DNA from: Anaerolineales bacterium UBA6055
Lineage (GTDB): Bacteria > Chloroflexota > Anaerolineae > Aggregatilineales > Phototrophicaceae
DNA: 64,000 nt
Direction of reading: 5' to 3'
Assembly: GCA_002428985.1 (NCBI GenBank)
Contig: DIYL01000059.1
Coordinates: 127,573 to 191,572, forward strand
Part shown: piece after piece, positions 9,407 to 17,780 of the stretch
Layout of the letters: each line of letters opens with the position of its first letter
Position numbering within the stretch: position 1 is the stretch's first letter
Translations under genes and position numbers: made by a program
Notes under the pieces: model-generated
The model's input: the letters and a program-made list of their open reading frames with translations, nothing else
The model's database searches: none
What the model was told of the DNA's origin: nothing

Positions 9407-10435
9407 ATGATTACTCAGCTCACACAAGCGCAACTCGATCAAATTAAAATATATACGAACAAGTGGAACGATCTGTCTACAACAACTACCCCAGCCAATC
9501 GCCCACAAGCAGAAGACGCGATTCGCCTCGCGTATAAATTAGCCAATTGCAAACAACCAGATCAAATCATCTGGTTTGATTCGCCGATGGCATTATGTGA
9601 TTATCGTACTACGCTAGACACACTCAACCTCCGCTTTAAACTGTTCACCATGATGCAATCCAAAGCAAAACAAGCGATTGCGAAACTGTTTACAGTTGAT
9701 CAATACAATACAATTCGAGTACCCGGCTGGAGTTTGTTTCAAGCAGCCAGTGACACGTTTCAATGGGATGTTGCCATAGCCATAAATAACAAGACCTCGC
9801 ATATGTTTAGCGGACAAATGGTAAGCCCACGAGATGATTCCTATTCAATGTGTCAATATGACTACTGCATCAACATGCTTGGTTTGACCGAGCTATCGCA
9901 ATTTGTGGGTGGTTTGATCGCAGTTGCAGAACATGCCGGATGGTGGTGTCCAACCGAGACAGTCTGCCTTGTTGCCGAACGTCCCTGCGCGGTTCGATAT
10001 GATGCAAACAATGCGATTCATAGTGACAACAGTTGTGCAATTGAATACCCTGATGGCTGGGGCATTTATATGTGGCGTGGTGTTGCCGTACCAGAGCATG
10101 TGATTTTACGCCCGCACGAGATCACACCCGATGAAATTATGTCAGAATGGAATGCCGAAGTCGCCCGTATCATGCTCGACCGCTATGGACAAGATAACTT
10201 CATCCGCAACGGCGGATTCACAATACAACAATCCGATGATTATGGGGATTTGTATCGCATCGAATTCGAGGAGCACGGCGATGAGCCAATCGTTGCTGTC
10301 CATGTTAAAGACCCAAGCACCGACCGTGAATACTTTTTATACGTACCACCACATATCCTCACCGCCCATGAAGGTGTCGCGTGGACATTCGGCTATGACA
10401 ACCCATCCGATTACAATCCACTCAAGGAAACATAA
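9407..10435 (+). CDS. Hypothetical protein, DUF6745-like (family name recalled from memory), tandem paralog 1
   Basis: 342-aa ORF. Has EYPDGWGIYMWRGVAVPEHVI and WNAEVARIMLDRYGQDNFI motifs. The last 93 codons are almost identical to the next gene. Confidence 0.65.
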   Translation: MITQLTQAQLDQIKIYTNKWNDLSTTTTPANRPQAEDAIRLAYKLANCKQPDQIIWFDSPMALCDYRTTLDTLNLRFKLFTMMQSKAKQAIAKLFTVDQYNTIRVPGWSLFQAASDTFQWDVAIAINNKTSHMFSGQMVSPRDDSYSMCQYDYCINMLGLTELSQFVGGLIAVAEHAGWWCPTETVCLVAERPCAVRYDANNAIHSDNSCAIEYPDGWGIYMWRGVAVPEHVILRPHEITPDEIMSEWNAEVARIMLDRYGQDNFIRNGGFTIQQSDDYGDLYRIEFEEHGDEPIVAVHVKDPSTDREYFLYVPPHILTAHEGVAWTFGYDNPSDYNPLKET

Positions 10436-10452
10436 ACAAAAAGCATAAGGTC

Positions 10453-11538
10453 ATGATTACAAAACTAACAATCAGCCAAATCAGTCAACTTAAAGCATAT
10501 GTCGAAAAGTGGCAAAATATGCAAATCCTGACTCAGTCAGCAGATCGCTATGCGACTGAATATAGTGTCTGGGTCGCGTATGCCAACGCTGGATTACCTC
10601 CACCTCAAAAAATTGTCTGGCTTCAGTCTCCTTATGAGATGTTAGAATCGATCAAAAAAGTGCTATCAAATGATCCGAAGCTATTCAAAAAATTGGCAGG
10701 GAAAAATGTTACTTCAAAAATTGAGCGGTCTATTTTTCAGGAATTTAATGATGTAATGCAAACATCTCTAGACAGTAAAATTCATAATGTCTTAAAAATG
10801 ATTTTTAGGTTAGTTACCCGTGACTCAACATACTTAACTACTGTCGACCATATTGATAGATCATTAGAGAGAACATTCCGGCGATATATACGTCAATCTG
10901 GTAAGCGTGTATATATCCCGTTTCCGTCCAATACACAAAGACTCTATCAACCACTCTATTGGCATTACGCACGCCACGAATTAGGTCTCTTAGAAGAAAC
11001 CAAAAATTTAGCAAACCTACACGCCATTCCTAAGAACGTAGACTATTGGTTATCTTTTGAAAATATATGTTTTTTATCAGAGCAACCTGAATACATCAGC
11101 TTAGATGAACATGGTAGATTACATTCTGAAAATCGAGCAGCCCTATCATATGCTGACGGTTGGGAGATATATGTATGGCACGGAGTGCTGGTTCCAGAGT
11201 ATGTGATTATGTATCCAGAAGATATTACACCAAATAGGATTATCGAGGAGCGCAATCGTGAAGTCGCCCGTATCATGCTCGAACGCTATGGACAAGATAA
11301 CTTCATCCGTAACGGCGGATTCACAATACAACAATCCGACGATTACGGGGATTTATATCGCATCGAATTCAAGAATCACCGCGATGAACCAATCGTTGCC
11401 GTCCATGTTAAAGACCCAAGCACCGACCGTGAATACTTTTTATACGTGCCACCACATATCCGCACCGCACATGAAGGTGTTGCATGGACATTCGGCTATG
11501 ACAATCCATCCGATTACAATCCGCTCAAGGAAACGTAG
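10453..11538 (+). CDS. Hypothetical protein, DUF6745-like, tandem paralog 2
   Basis: 361-aa ORF. Has SYADGWEIYVWHGVLVPEYVI and NREVARIMLERYGQDNFI. The N-terminal two thirds are AT-richer and only weakly similar to paralog 1. Confidence 0.65.
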   Translation: MITKLTISQISQLKAYVEKWQNMQILTQSADRYATEYSVWVAYANAGLPPPQKIVWLQSPYEMLESIKKVLSNDPKLFKKLAGKNVTSKIERSIFQEFNDVMQTSLDSKIHNVLKMIFRLVTRDSTYLTTVDHIDRSLERTFRRYIRQSGKRVYIPFPSNTQRLYQPLYWHYARHELGLLEETKNLANLHAIPKNVDYWLSFENICFLSEQPEYISLDEHGRLHSENRAALSYADGWEIYVWHGVLVPEYVIMYPEDITPNRIIEERNREVARIMLERYGQDNFIRNGGFTIQQSDDYGDLYRIEFKNHRDEPIVAVHVKDPSTDREYFLYVPPHIRTAHEGVAWTFGYDNPSDYNPLKET

Positions 11539-11742
11539 ATTAGGCTCTCCATCAAATATCCAATCTTATGACGTATCGTTTGTCATTTCTGCACATACTT
11601 CCACTACCAAACACTAAACCTATGGGTAGTTGATTATTCTTTGCCGATTCGTTACCATGAGGAAATATTAACAGCGTGTTGTTATTAATATGTTGTTTCT
11701 AACAAAGTATTGATACTCCCATAAGGCATATGCAAGAAGTGC

Positions 11743-11751
11743 TGGTATAAT
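11743..11751 (+). promoter_or_regulatory. Candidate extended -10 promoter element (TGgTATAAT) upstream of the clpC-like gene
   Basis: TG at 11743-11744 and TATAAT at 11746-11751, about 60 nt upstream of the start. No good -35 box was seen. Confidence 0.3.
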
Positions 11752-11811
11752 GGAGTATACGTATGAATTGTCGAAAGTGTCCTTAGGGACTACTGTTTGG
11801 AGGTATATACC

Positions 11812-14313
11812 GTGCCGAATAAAATGGAACGCTTTACACAGCGGGCGCGGCGCGTACTGAGCTTGGCGCAAGAAGAGGCAGAACGTTTACAGCACCATCA
11901 AATTGGGACTGAACATCTTCTCCTTGGACTTATGCGCGAAGAAGGTGGCGTAGCTGGTCGAGTTCTGCGTGATTTAGGCTTAGACCTTCGCCGTGTAGAA
12001 GAATTAGTCACCCGTCTATCAACCTCGGAAAATAAATCTACCAATACCCAACTGGATTTGTCACCCGGCACAAAAAAGGTGCTGGAACTTGCTGTTGATG
12101 AAGCCCGTCGTATGGGTCATCATTATATTGGCACCGAACACTTATTACTGGGGTTAGTCCGTCAACAGGAAGGCATTGCACTGGATGTATTGCGTCGTCT
12201 CGGCGTCAGTCCAGAGGAAGTGCGCCGTCAAACGCGTAAAGTCCTGCAAGAAAGTCCTGTTCAATCCACACAACAAAATAAAGAACGCCCACAGAATAAA
12301 CCACGTCAAAGTGGTGACAAGACACCGCTTGTCGATCAATTAGCAACCGACCTGACTGCCCTCGCACAAGATGGCAAGCTCGATCCTGTTGTTGGTCGTG
12401 AGATGGAAATTGAGCGTGTGATCCAAGTTCTCAGCCGTCGTCGTAAAAACAATCCAGCCCTCATCGGTGAACCCGGTGTTGGTAAAACTGCGATTGTCGA
12501 AGGATTGGCGCAACGTATTATCGAAGGCGACACACCAAAGCCATTGTTGAACAAACGTGTGCTTCAGTTGGATGTCGGCTCCTTGGTTGCTGGCACAATG
12601 TACCGTGGTCAGTTCGAAGAACGCCTCAAACGCGTGATTGAAGAACTCAAATCATCTGACACCATTCTCTTCATTGACGAAGTCCATATGCTCGTCGGTG
12701 CAGGGTCAGCTGGTAGCAGTGTTGATGCCGCTAACATTCTAAAACCCGCTCTCGCGCGTGGTGAATTGCAATGTATTGGTGCAACCACACTCGATGAATA
12801 CCGTAAACACATCGAAAGTGACGCAGCACTCGAACGTCGTTTCCAACAAATCCAAGTTGATGAACCGACCATCGAAGAAACCATCGAAATTTTACAGGGC
12901 ATTAAATACCCTTATCAAGATCATCACAATGTAGAAATTACAGACGAAGCAATCGAAGTCGCGGCAAACTTATCCGCCCGTTACATTCCAGATCGCTTCT
13001 TACCAGACAAAGCAATCGACCTGATTGATGAAGCGGCTGCTCGTCTGCGTATGTACAAAAGCCCAGAAGCTGCATCCGTCCGTCGAATCACTGACGAACT
13101 CGATGTACTCCGTGACGAAATCGAATTGGCAACCGAGGATGACGATCAAGAAGAAATCGAAAGCCTCAAAACCCGTGTCGAATCATTAGAAGCATCCCTC
13201 AACGATGTCCAAGCAAATTGGAATGACGAAACCGGTCAACCACGTCTCGTCGGCGAAGACATCAGCGAAGTTGTTGCTATGTGGACAGGCATTCCTGTTA
13301 CCCGCATCGCCAATGAAGAAAGCGAACGCTTAATGGAGATGGAATCCAAACTCCACGAGCGTATCGTCGGACAAGACGACGCGATTGTTGCCATTAGTAA
13401 AGCGGTTCGTCGAGCCCGCGCTGGTCTCAAAGACCCACGCCGTCCAATCGGTTCATTTATGTTCCTTGGCCCAACAGGTGTTGGTAAAACTGAATTGACG
13501 AAAGCACTTGCCGAATTCTTATTTGGTAGCGAAGACGCCTTAATTCAACTCGACATGAGTGAATTTATGGAACGTCACTCCGTTGCACGTCTCGTTGGTG
13601 CGCCTCCAGGATATGTCGGTTACGAAGACGCAGGTCAATTGACCGAAGCCGTTCGTCGCCGTCCATACAGCATCATCGTGTTTGACGAAATCGAAAAAGC
13701 CCATCCAGAAGCCTTCAATATGTTATTGCAGGTGATGGAAGAAGGTACATTGACGGATGCACGCGGTCGCCGTGTTGACTTCCGTAACGCAATGATTGTC
13801 ATGACCAGCAACGTCGGTGCAGACCTCATCAAACGCAACTCAGGTCTTGGGTTCACAACCCCGCTTGACGGCGAAAAACTCGACGACGAAGCCTACGAAG
13901 ATATGAGCAAGAACGTCATTGACCAATTGCGCCGTATGTTCCGTCCAGAGTTCTTGAACCGTGTTGATGCCAGCATTATCTTCCGCTCACTCAGTCGTGA
14001 AGAAATCAAGCAAATCGTTGACCTAGAACTAAACAAAGTTCGTGAACGCCTGCTTGAACATGCGATTACCCTCGAAGTTGCTGACGAAGCACTCAGCTGG
14101 TTAGCTGAAAATGGCTACGATGCCGAATTTGGTGCGCGTCCATTGCGCCGCTTGATTCAGCAAGAAGTTGAAGATGCCCTATCAGACGGTATTCTGTCCG
14201 GTGACTTCAGCCTAGCGAGTGTGATCCGTGCCGAAGTTGACGACGACGATAACATTGTCCTCCGCAACATAGAAGACGATGAAATCGCTGACGAGCTCGA
14301 AGCACAAGTCTAA
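11812..14313 (+). CDS. ClpC-class AAA+ ATPase (two Clp_N repeats, two AAA modules, short middle domain without a clear UVR signature)
   Basis: Clp_N repeats (GTEHLLLGL twice); Walker A GEPGVGKT and GPTGVGKT; Walker B ILFIDE and [14 protein letters not shown] at 11799-11803 favours the GTG at 11812; the ATG at 11824 (MERFTQRA) is the alternative. The track starts at a TTG at 11797. Confidence 0.9.
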   Translation: MPNKMERFTQRARRVLSLAQEEAERLQHHQIGTEHLLLGLMREEGGVAGRVLRDLGLDLRRVEELVTRLSTSENKSTNTQLDLSPGTKKVLELAVDEARRMGHHYIGTEHLLLGLVRQQEGIALDVLRRLGVSPEEVRRQTRKVLQESPVQSTQQNKERPQNKPRQSGDKTPLVDQLATDLTALAQDGKLDPVVGREMEIERVIQVLSRRRKNNPALIGEPGVGKTAIVEGLAQRIIEGDTPKPLLNKRVLQLDVGSLVAGTMYRGQFEERLKRVIEELKSSDTILFIDEVHMLVGAGSAGSSVDAANILKPALARGELQCIGATTLDEYRKHIESDAALERRFQQIQVDEPTIEETIEILQGIKYPYQDHHNVEITDEAIEVAANLSARYIPDRFLPDKAIDLIDEAAARLRMYKSPEAASVRRITDELDVLRDEIELATEDDDQEEIESLKTRVESLEASLNDVQANWNDETGQPRLVGEDISEVVAMWTGIPVTRIANEESERLMEMESKLHERIVGQDDAIVAISKAVRRARAGLKDPRRPIGSFMFLGPTGVGKTELTKALAEFLFGSEDALIQLDMSEFMERHSVARLVGAPPGYVGYEDAGQLTEAVRRRPYSIIVFDEIEKAHPEAFNMLLQVMEEGTLTDARGRRVDFRNAMIVMTSNVGADLIKRNSGLGFTTPLDGEKLDDEAYEDMSKNVIDQLRRMFRPEFLNRVDASIIFRSLSREEIKQIVDLELNKVRERLLEHAITLEVADEALSWLAENGYDAEFGARPLRRLIQQEVEDALSDGILSGDFSLASVIRAEVDDDDNIVLRNIEDDEIADELEAQV

Positions 14314-14336
14314 GACTTAACACATCTGAAATTTCG

Positions 14337-14366
14337 AAAGGGCGTACCATACAGTGCGCCCTTTTT
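14337..14366. terminator. Hairpin terminator between convergent genes
   Basis: AAAGGGCGTAC / GTGCGCCCTTT stem of about 11 bp with a 6-nt loop. A T-run follows on the plus strand and TTT on the minus strand. Confidence 0.65.
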
Positions 14367-14399
14367 AATTTCAGCTATTCATATCATGTTTAAAGAATC

Positions 14400-16097
14400 T
14401 TATGTTATCGAGTTATCATCTGGGCCACTACTATTGGATTTCTTCAGACCAGAGACAGCCGTATCATCACCACCTGCACCGATATAATTCTGCTGTGAGG
14501 CAAACTGCTGTAGCATTGTATTGACTTCCTTCAACGGCTCCAGCAATACATCTTCTGTGATTTCTTCTGGTGCAAGAACAGTTGGTGCAGTCGGTATACC
14601 AACTTCTTCTGTCGGTGCGGTCGGGATTCCGGCAACTTCCTCATCACTGCGCCCTGTCGCTAGACTCGGACGCGCAAAATAGATAATCTCTGATAGTTCA
14701 GCCGGATCCGTTAGATCGTAGGTCTTACCGCGCACACGATTCCCCGAATTCCCCTCGATTGTATGGATAGTCTTTGTATCGGAGTCATATCTTTCGACTA
14801 GCGTTGTATGGCTTGCCCGCTTAAATTTACCTTTTACAGAATACACATTCGCATTGGCATACTTATCATTGCCATCTTTGGTGGAGTCACTACTGCGTAC
14901 ATCCATAATATCGCCTGCCTGCGGCGTAAAGCCTTGATCTTCAAAGAAGGTGTCGATCGTTTCTTTCTTCTGCTCAGCGTCATCCTTCAAATCTGCGATG
15001 TCACGTGTCAACTTATTGAGCTCAACCTTCTTCTTGAAGTTGGCTTTAGAATCATCATTTTTGCTACTTGTCCCGAGCATCCCACCACCATATTCTTCGC
15101 TCAGGTCATAATTCTTATATGTCTCGCCCTTTCGAGCAAATGTCCCGATAACTTTATAACCCGATGCTTGATGGAATTTTTTGATGCCTGTCAGTTTGCG
15201 ATAATTATACGTCGCAAACCACGCACACCAATTTGCACCGCTATTTTTACTGTAGGCTTCAATCATCTCCCCTTGGTTTTTATCGGTGGTCTCCCAATTC
15301 TTACCCCCCTCATGCAAAATCGAACCCAAGAAAAATTCCATACGAGCGATAGCCGCAGCCGCTTCACCAAGAATGCGCGTTTTCTCATCAGCAACGGGTG
15401 TTTCTTGCTGGACAAATGTATCCACCATGTCGGGATATGATGGCGATATATCGAGCAGACCACGCACCGTCTCAACCAGATTCATGGCAGCTGCTTGTCG
15501 CGCTTCTTCGCGCTCTTTGGCATTCTCAATACTTTCAGTGAGTTTAATCTTCTGGAGCGCAATCATTGTCTTGTGACGATAACGCGCTTTGACTGCCTCT
15601 TTTTTCTTATTACGCGCTTGCATATATCCACGTGGATTATCATCGGGATTTATACTTTCCAATTGTTCTGACCAATAAGCCACACGCGCATTATTCAATA
15701 GGCGCAGATTCGACGCTGCCCCCGTTAACCGCACTTCAGTTTTTTCGATTTCATCGGCTTCGAGGTAAGCTTCTATCGTTTCAATCTTACGATCAACTTC
15801 ATATATCGCGTAGCTATTTGCGGTCGATTCATTAATGGACTGATTCAAAATGGGTGCATCCGGATCCACAGGTGCACGTTGGATCAAGCGATTGACAAAG
15901 TGATTACCATGTGTCTGACTAAAAAGCCGGATAGCATGTGGATTAAGCTGAGTCGGATCATTGAGAGCCCGTTGCATGAGCGAAATATCCAATCCCGACA
16001 TCGTTGGAACTGATGATTTACCAAGCGAAGATAATGATTTTAGGGCTGTCGATTCGCATTTAGTAGAGGACTTATCCTGTGTTTGTTTGGCTGTCAC
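14400..16097 (-). CDS. Effector-like protein: N-terminal GNxxVxRLIQ leader, coiled-coil region, C-terminal CHAP/NlpC-P60-type cysteine hydrolase
   Basis: The ORF is open to 16190. I prefer the GTG at 16097 (weak GGGA 7 nt upstream); the ATG at 16001 is also possible. Leader LFSQTHGNHFVNRLIQR is encoded at 15876-15926. Catalytic-type segments are NWCAWFATYNYR, SHTTLVE and TIEGNSGN. Confidence 0.65.
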   Translation of the reverse strand: MTAKQTQDKSSTKCESTALKSLSSLGKSSVPTMSGLDISLMQRALNDPTQLNPHAIRLFSQTHGNHFVNRLIQRAPVDPDAPILNQSINESTANSYAIYEVDRKIETIEAYLEADEIEKTEVRLTGAASNLRLLNNARVAYWSEQLESINPDDNPRGYMQARNKKKEAVKARYRHKTMIALQKIKLTESIENAKEREEARQAAAMNLVETVRGLLDISPSYPDMVDTFVQQETPVADEKTRILGEAAAAIARMEFFLGSILHEGGKNWETTDKNQGEMIEAYSKNSGANWCAWFATYNYRKLTGIKKFHQASGYKVIGTFARKGETYKNYDLSEEYGGGMLGTSSKNDDSKANFKKKVELNKLTRDIADLKDDAEQKKETIDTFFEDQGFTPQAGDIMDVRSSDSTKDGNDKYANANVYSVKGKFKRASHTTLVERYDSDTKTIHTIEGNSGNRVRGKTYDLTDPAELSEIIYFARPSLATGRSDEEVAGIPTAPTEEVGIPTAPTVLAPEEITEDVLLEPLKEVNTMLQQFASQQNYIGAGGDDTAVSGLKKSNSSGPDDNSIT

Positions 16098-16274
16098 GCA
16101 ATCATCCCATCTCCCAAATCGTATGGTTTCATAATAACCGGAAACGAATATGATGTCACCTCTCCAAAGAGGGGTGCGCCGAGAATGCATCGTATTTCAT
16201 ATATAAGGCATGCCATCCTCTTCGGTTTTAGTGCCGTGTTATAATAGAGTCAATCATATAGGCGAGGACTAACT

Positions 16275-16829
16275 ATGGCGATTCAACCCATTACAAAAAT
16301 TACAGCCGAATCGTACTTTGAATTAGAGGACTATCAAACACATGACCTTATTCAACTCGTCAATGGTGAGGTAATTATTGGTATGCCACCTATTCCGAAC
16401 CACCAACGCATTGTGCGCGAAATCTTGGTTATGCTGACCTTACTGGCACGTAAAATTGGTGGTGAGGCATTCGACTCTCCTATTGAATTATATCTCGACG
16501 AACACAATGTCTTCGAACCCGATGTACTTTATATGTCACCAAACAGCAAATGTGAGGTGAAAGGTAAACGATTAGAAGGCGCACCCGAACTCATCGTCGA
16601 AGTCCTCTCACCAAGTACAGCCAAATATGACAAGCGTGAAAAATATGCCACCTACGAACAACATGGCGTACAAGAATACTGGATTGTTGACCCAGTCCAC
16701 GAATTAATTGATGTGTGGGCATTAGATGGTGGCAAGTTTGTACATCAAGGCGCATACAGCACTGACGACACATTCAAGTCACAAGTACTCAAGGCCGATG
16801 TCGAAGTAAAGACACTGTTTGATAGTTAG
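16275..16829 (+). CDS. Uma2 (DUF820) family endonuclease
   Basis: 184-aa ORF. Has AESYFELED, LVNGEVIIGMPP, EPDVLYMS and APELIVEVLSPST. Confidence 0.85.
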   Translation: MAIQPITKITAESYFELEDYQTHDLIQLVNGEVIIGMPPIPNHQRIVREILVMLTLLARKIGGEAFDSPIELYLDEHNVFEPDVLYMSPNSKCEVKGKRLEGAPELIVEVLSPSTAKYDKREKYATYEQHGVQEYWIVDPVHELIDVWALDGGKFVHQGAYSTDDTFKSQVLKADVEVKTLFDS

Positions 16830-17039
16830 AAATCGTCATTTAGACTATCGTCTGCCCAACGCGCAACATTTTCTTGGATATATCTACAAATCTCCACGAA
16901 ACATTTCTGGTTAAATAATACGATCGTGGTAGCGCATCGGTAAGGTTGTCTACGCGCTTATCAGTAAGCAGAGAATTATTTGGATGATAGTTAAATCTTT
17001 CTTTAAGCAAAACTCAGTTTACTAGTAATTTTTAAAACC

Positions 17040-17699
17040 TTAAAACTTGATCTTAAGCAATTCATTTAGATCACTAATCGTATAATCAGGGGAAAATCCA
17101 AGGCTATCTGACCAAGTAAAGTTCTTTTGTATCCAGACCGATGTCATACTAACCTTATGAGCTCCTATAATATCCGTATTCGGATTATCCCCGATGAACA
17201 CACAATCTTTAGCGTCAACATTTAGGCGGTGTGTAGCGCGCCAATAAATCTCTGAATCGGGTTTATGAACCCCTTCTTCACCAGACACTAAAATCGTGTC
17301 CACTAAATCTGCAAAAGGAGTGCTATCAATCTTTGCTCGTTGTGATTGGCTTGACCCATTGGTAAGAATCCCTAGTTTGTAACCTCGAATTCGAAGATGC
17401 TTGAGGGTGTCTTCAGCATTGGGTGACATCTGACACTGCACCCACGCAGTACTATGAAAATCTAAAATGAGGTCGTCAACAGATAGTGGTAAATCAAACT
17501 AAGACTTGAGTGCTGTAAACATCTCTTGTTTGTCCGCGTAGCCATTTTTATCTAGTGTCATAAACCGACTGCGATAGGTCTCATACAGATAGTGTTTGTC
17601 TAACCCAAACCGTTTATATTGTTCTTTAACAAAGTGTTCTACAGTTGCTGTTCGGTCAGTCAAGGTATCATCGAGGTCAAATATAAATGCTTGTGGCAT
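17040..17699 (-). pseudogene. HAD-IA hydrolase interrupted by a single in-frame TAG
   Basis: ORFs 17499-17699 (FIFDLDDTLTDR, motif I) and 17040-17441 (ILTNGSS, FIGDNPNTDIIGA) are in the same frame. My hand translation across the gap reads ALKS*FDLPLSVDDLILDFHSTAWVQCQMSP, with only the TAG at 17499-17501 interrupting. Confidence 0.7.
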
Positions 17700-17780
17700 A
17701 TTTTTTGTCCTTTATATTCTTTAAGGCTACTTTCAGTATCTTTCACACGAATTCAATTATCATTTTGATGTTCGTACTAT

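Noticed and set aside
10131-11617. Alternative-frame ORFs 10131-10448 and 11258-11617 with similar translations
   Set aside because: Their similarity is simply a by-product of the duplicated 279-nt block read in the +1 frame. The translations are low-complexity Ser/Thr/Ile-rich sequences.
12154-13856. Five ORFs of 61-97 aa antisense to the clpC-like gene (12154-12339, 12336-12554, 12609-12902, 13236-13430, 13635-13856)
   Set aside because: They lie wholly inside a strongly conserved AAA+ gene and give Arg/Ser/Ala-rich low-complexity translations, typical of antisense frames of GC-richer genes.
17499-17501. In-frame TAG as programmed recoding (pyrrolysine or read-through)
   Set aside because: No pyl genes or recoding structure are visible in the window, and HAD hydrolases have no precedent I know of. 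A nonsense mutation or sequencing error is more parsimonious.
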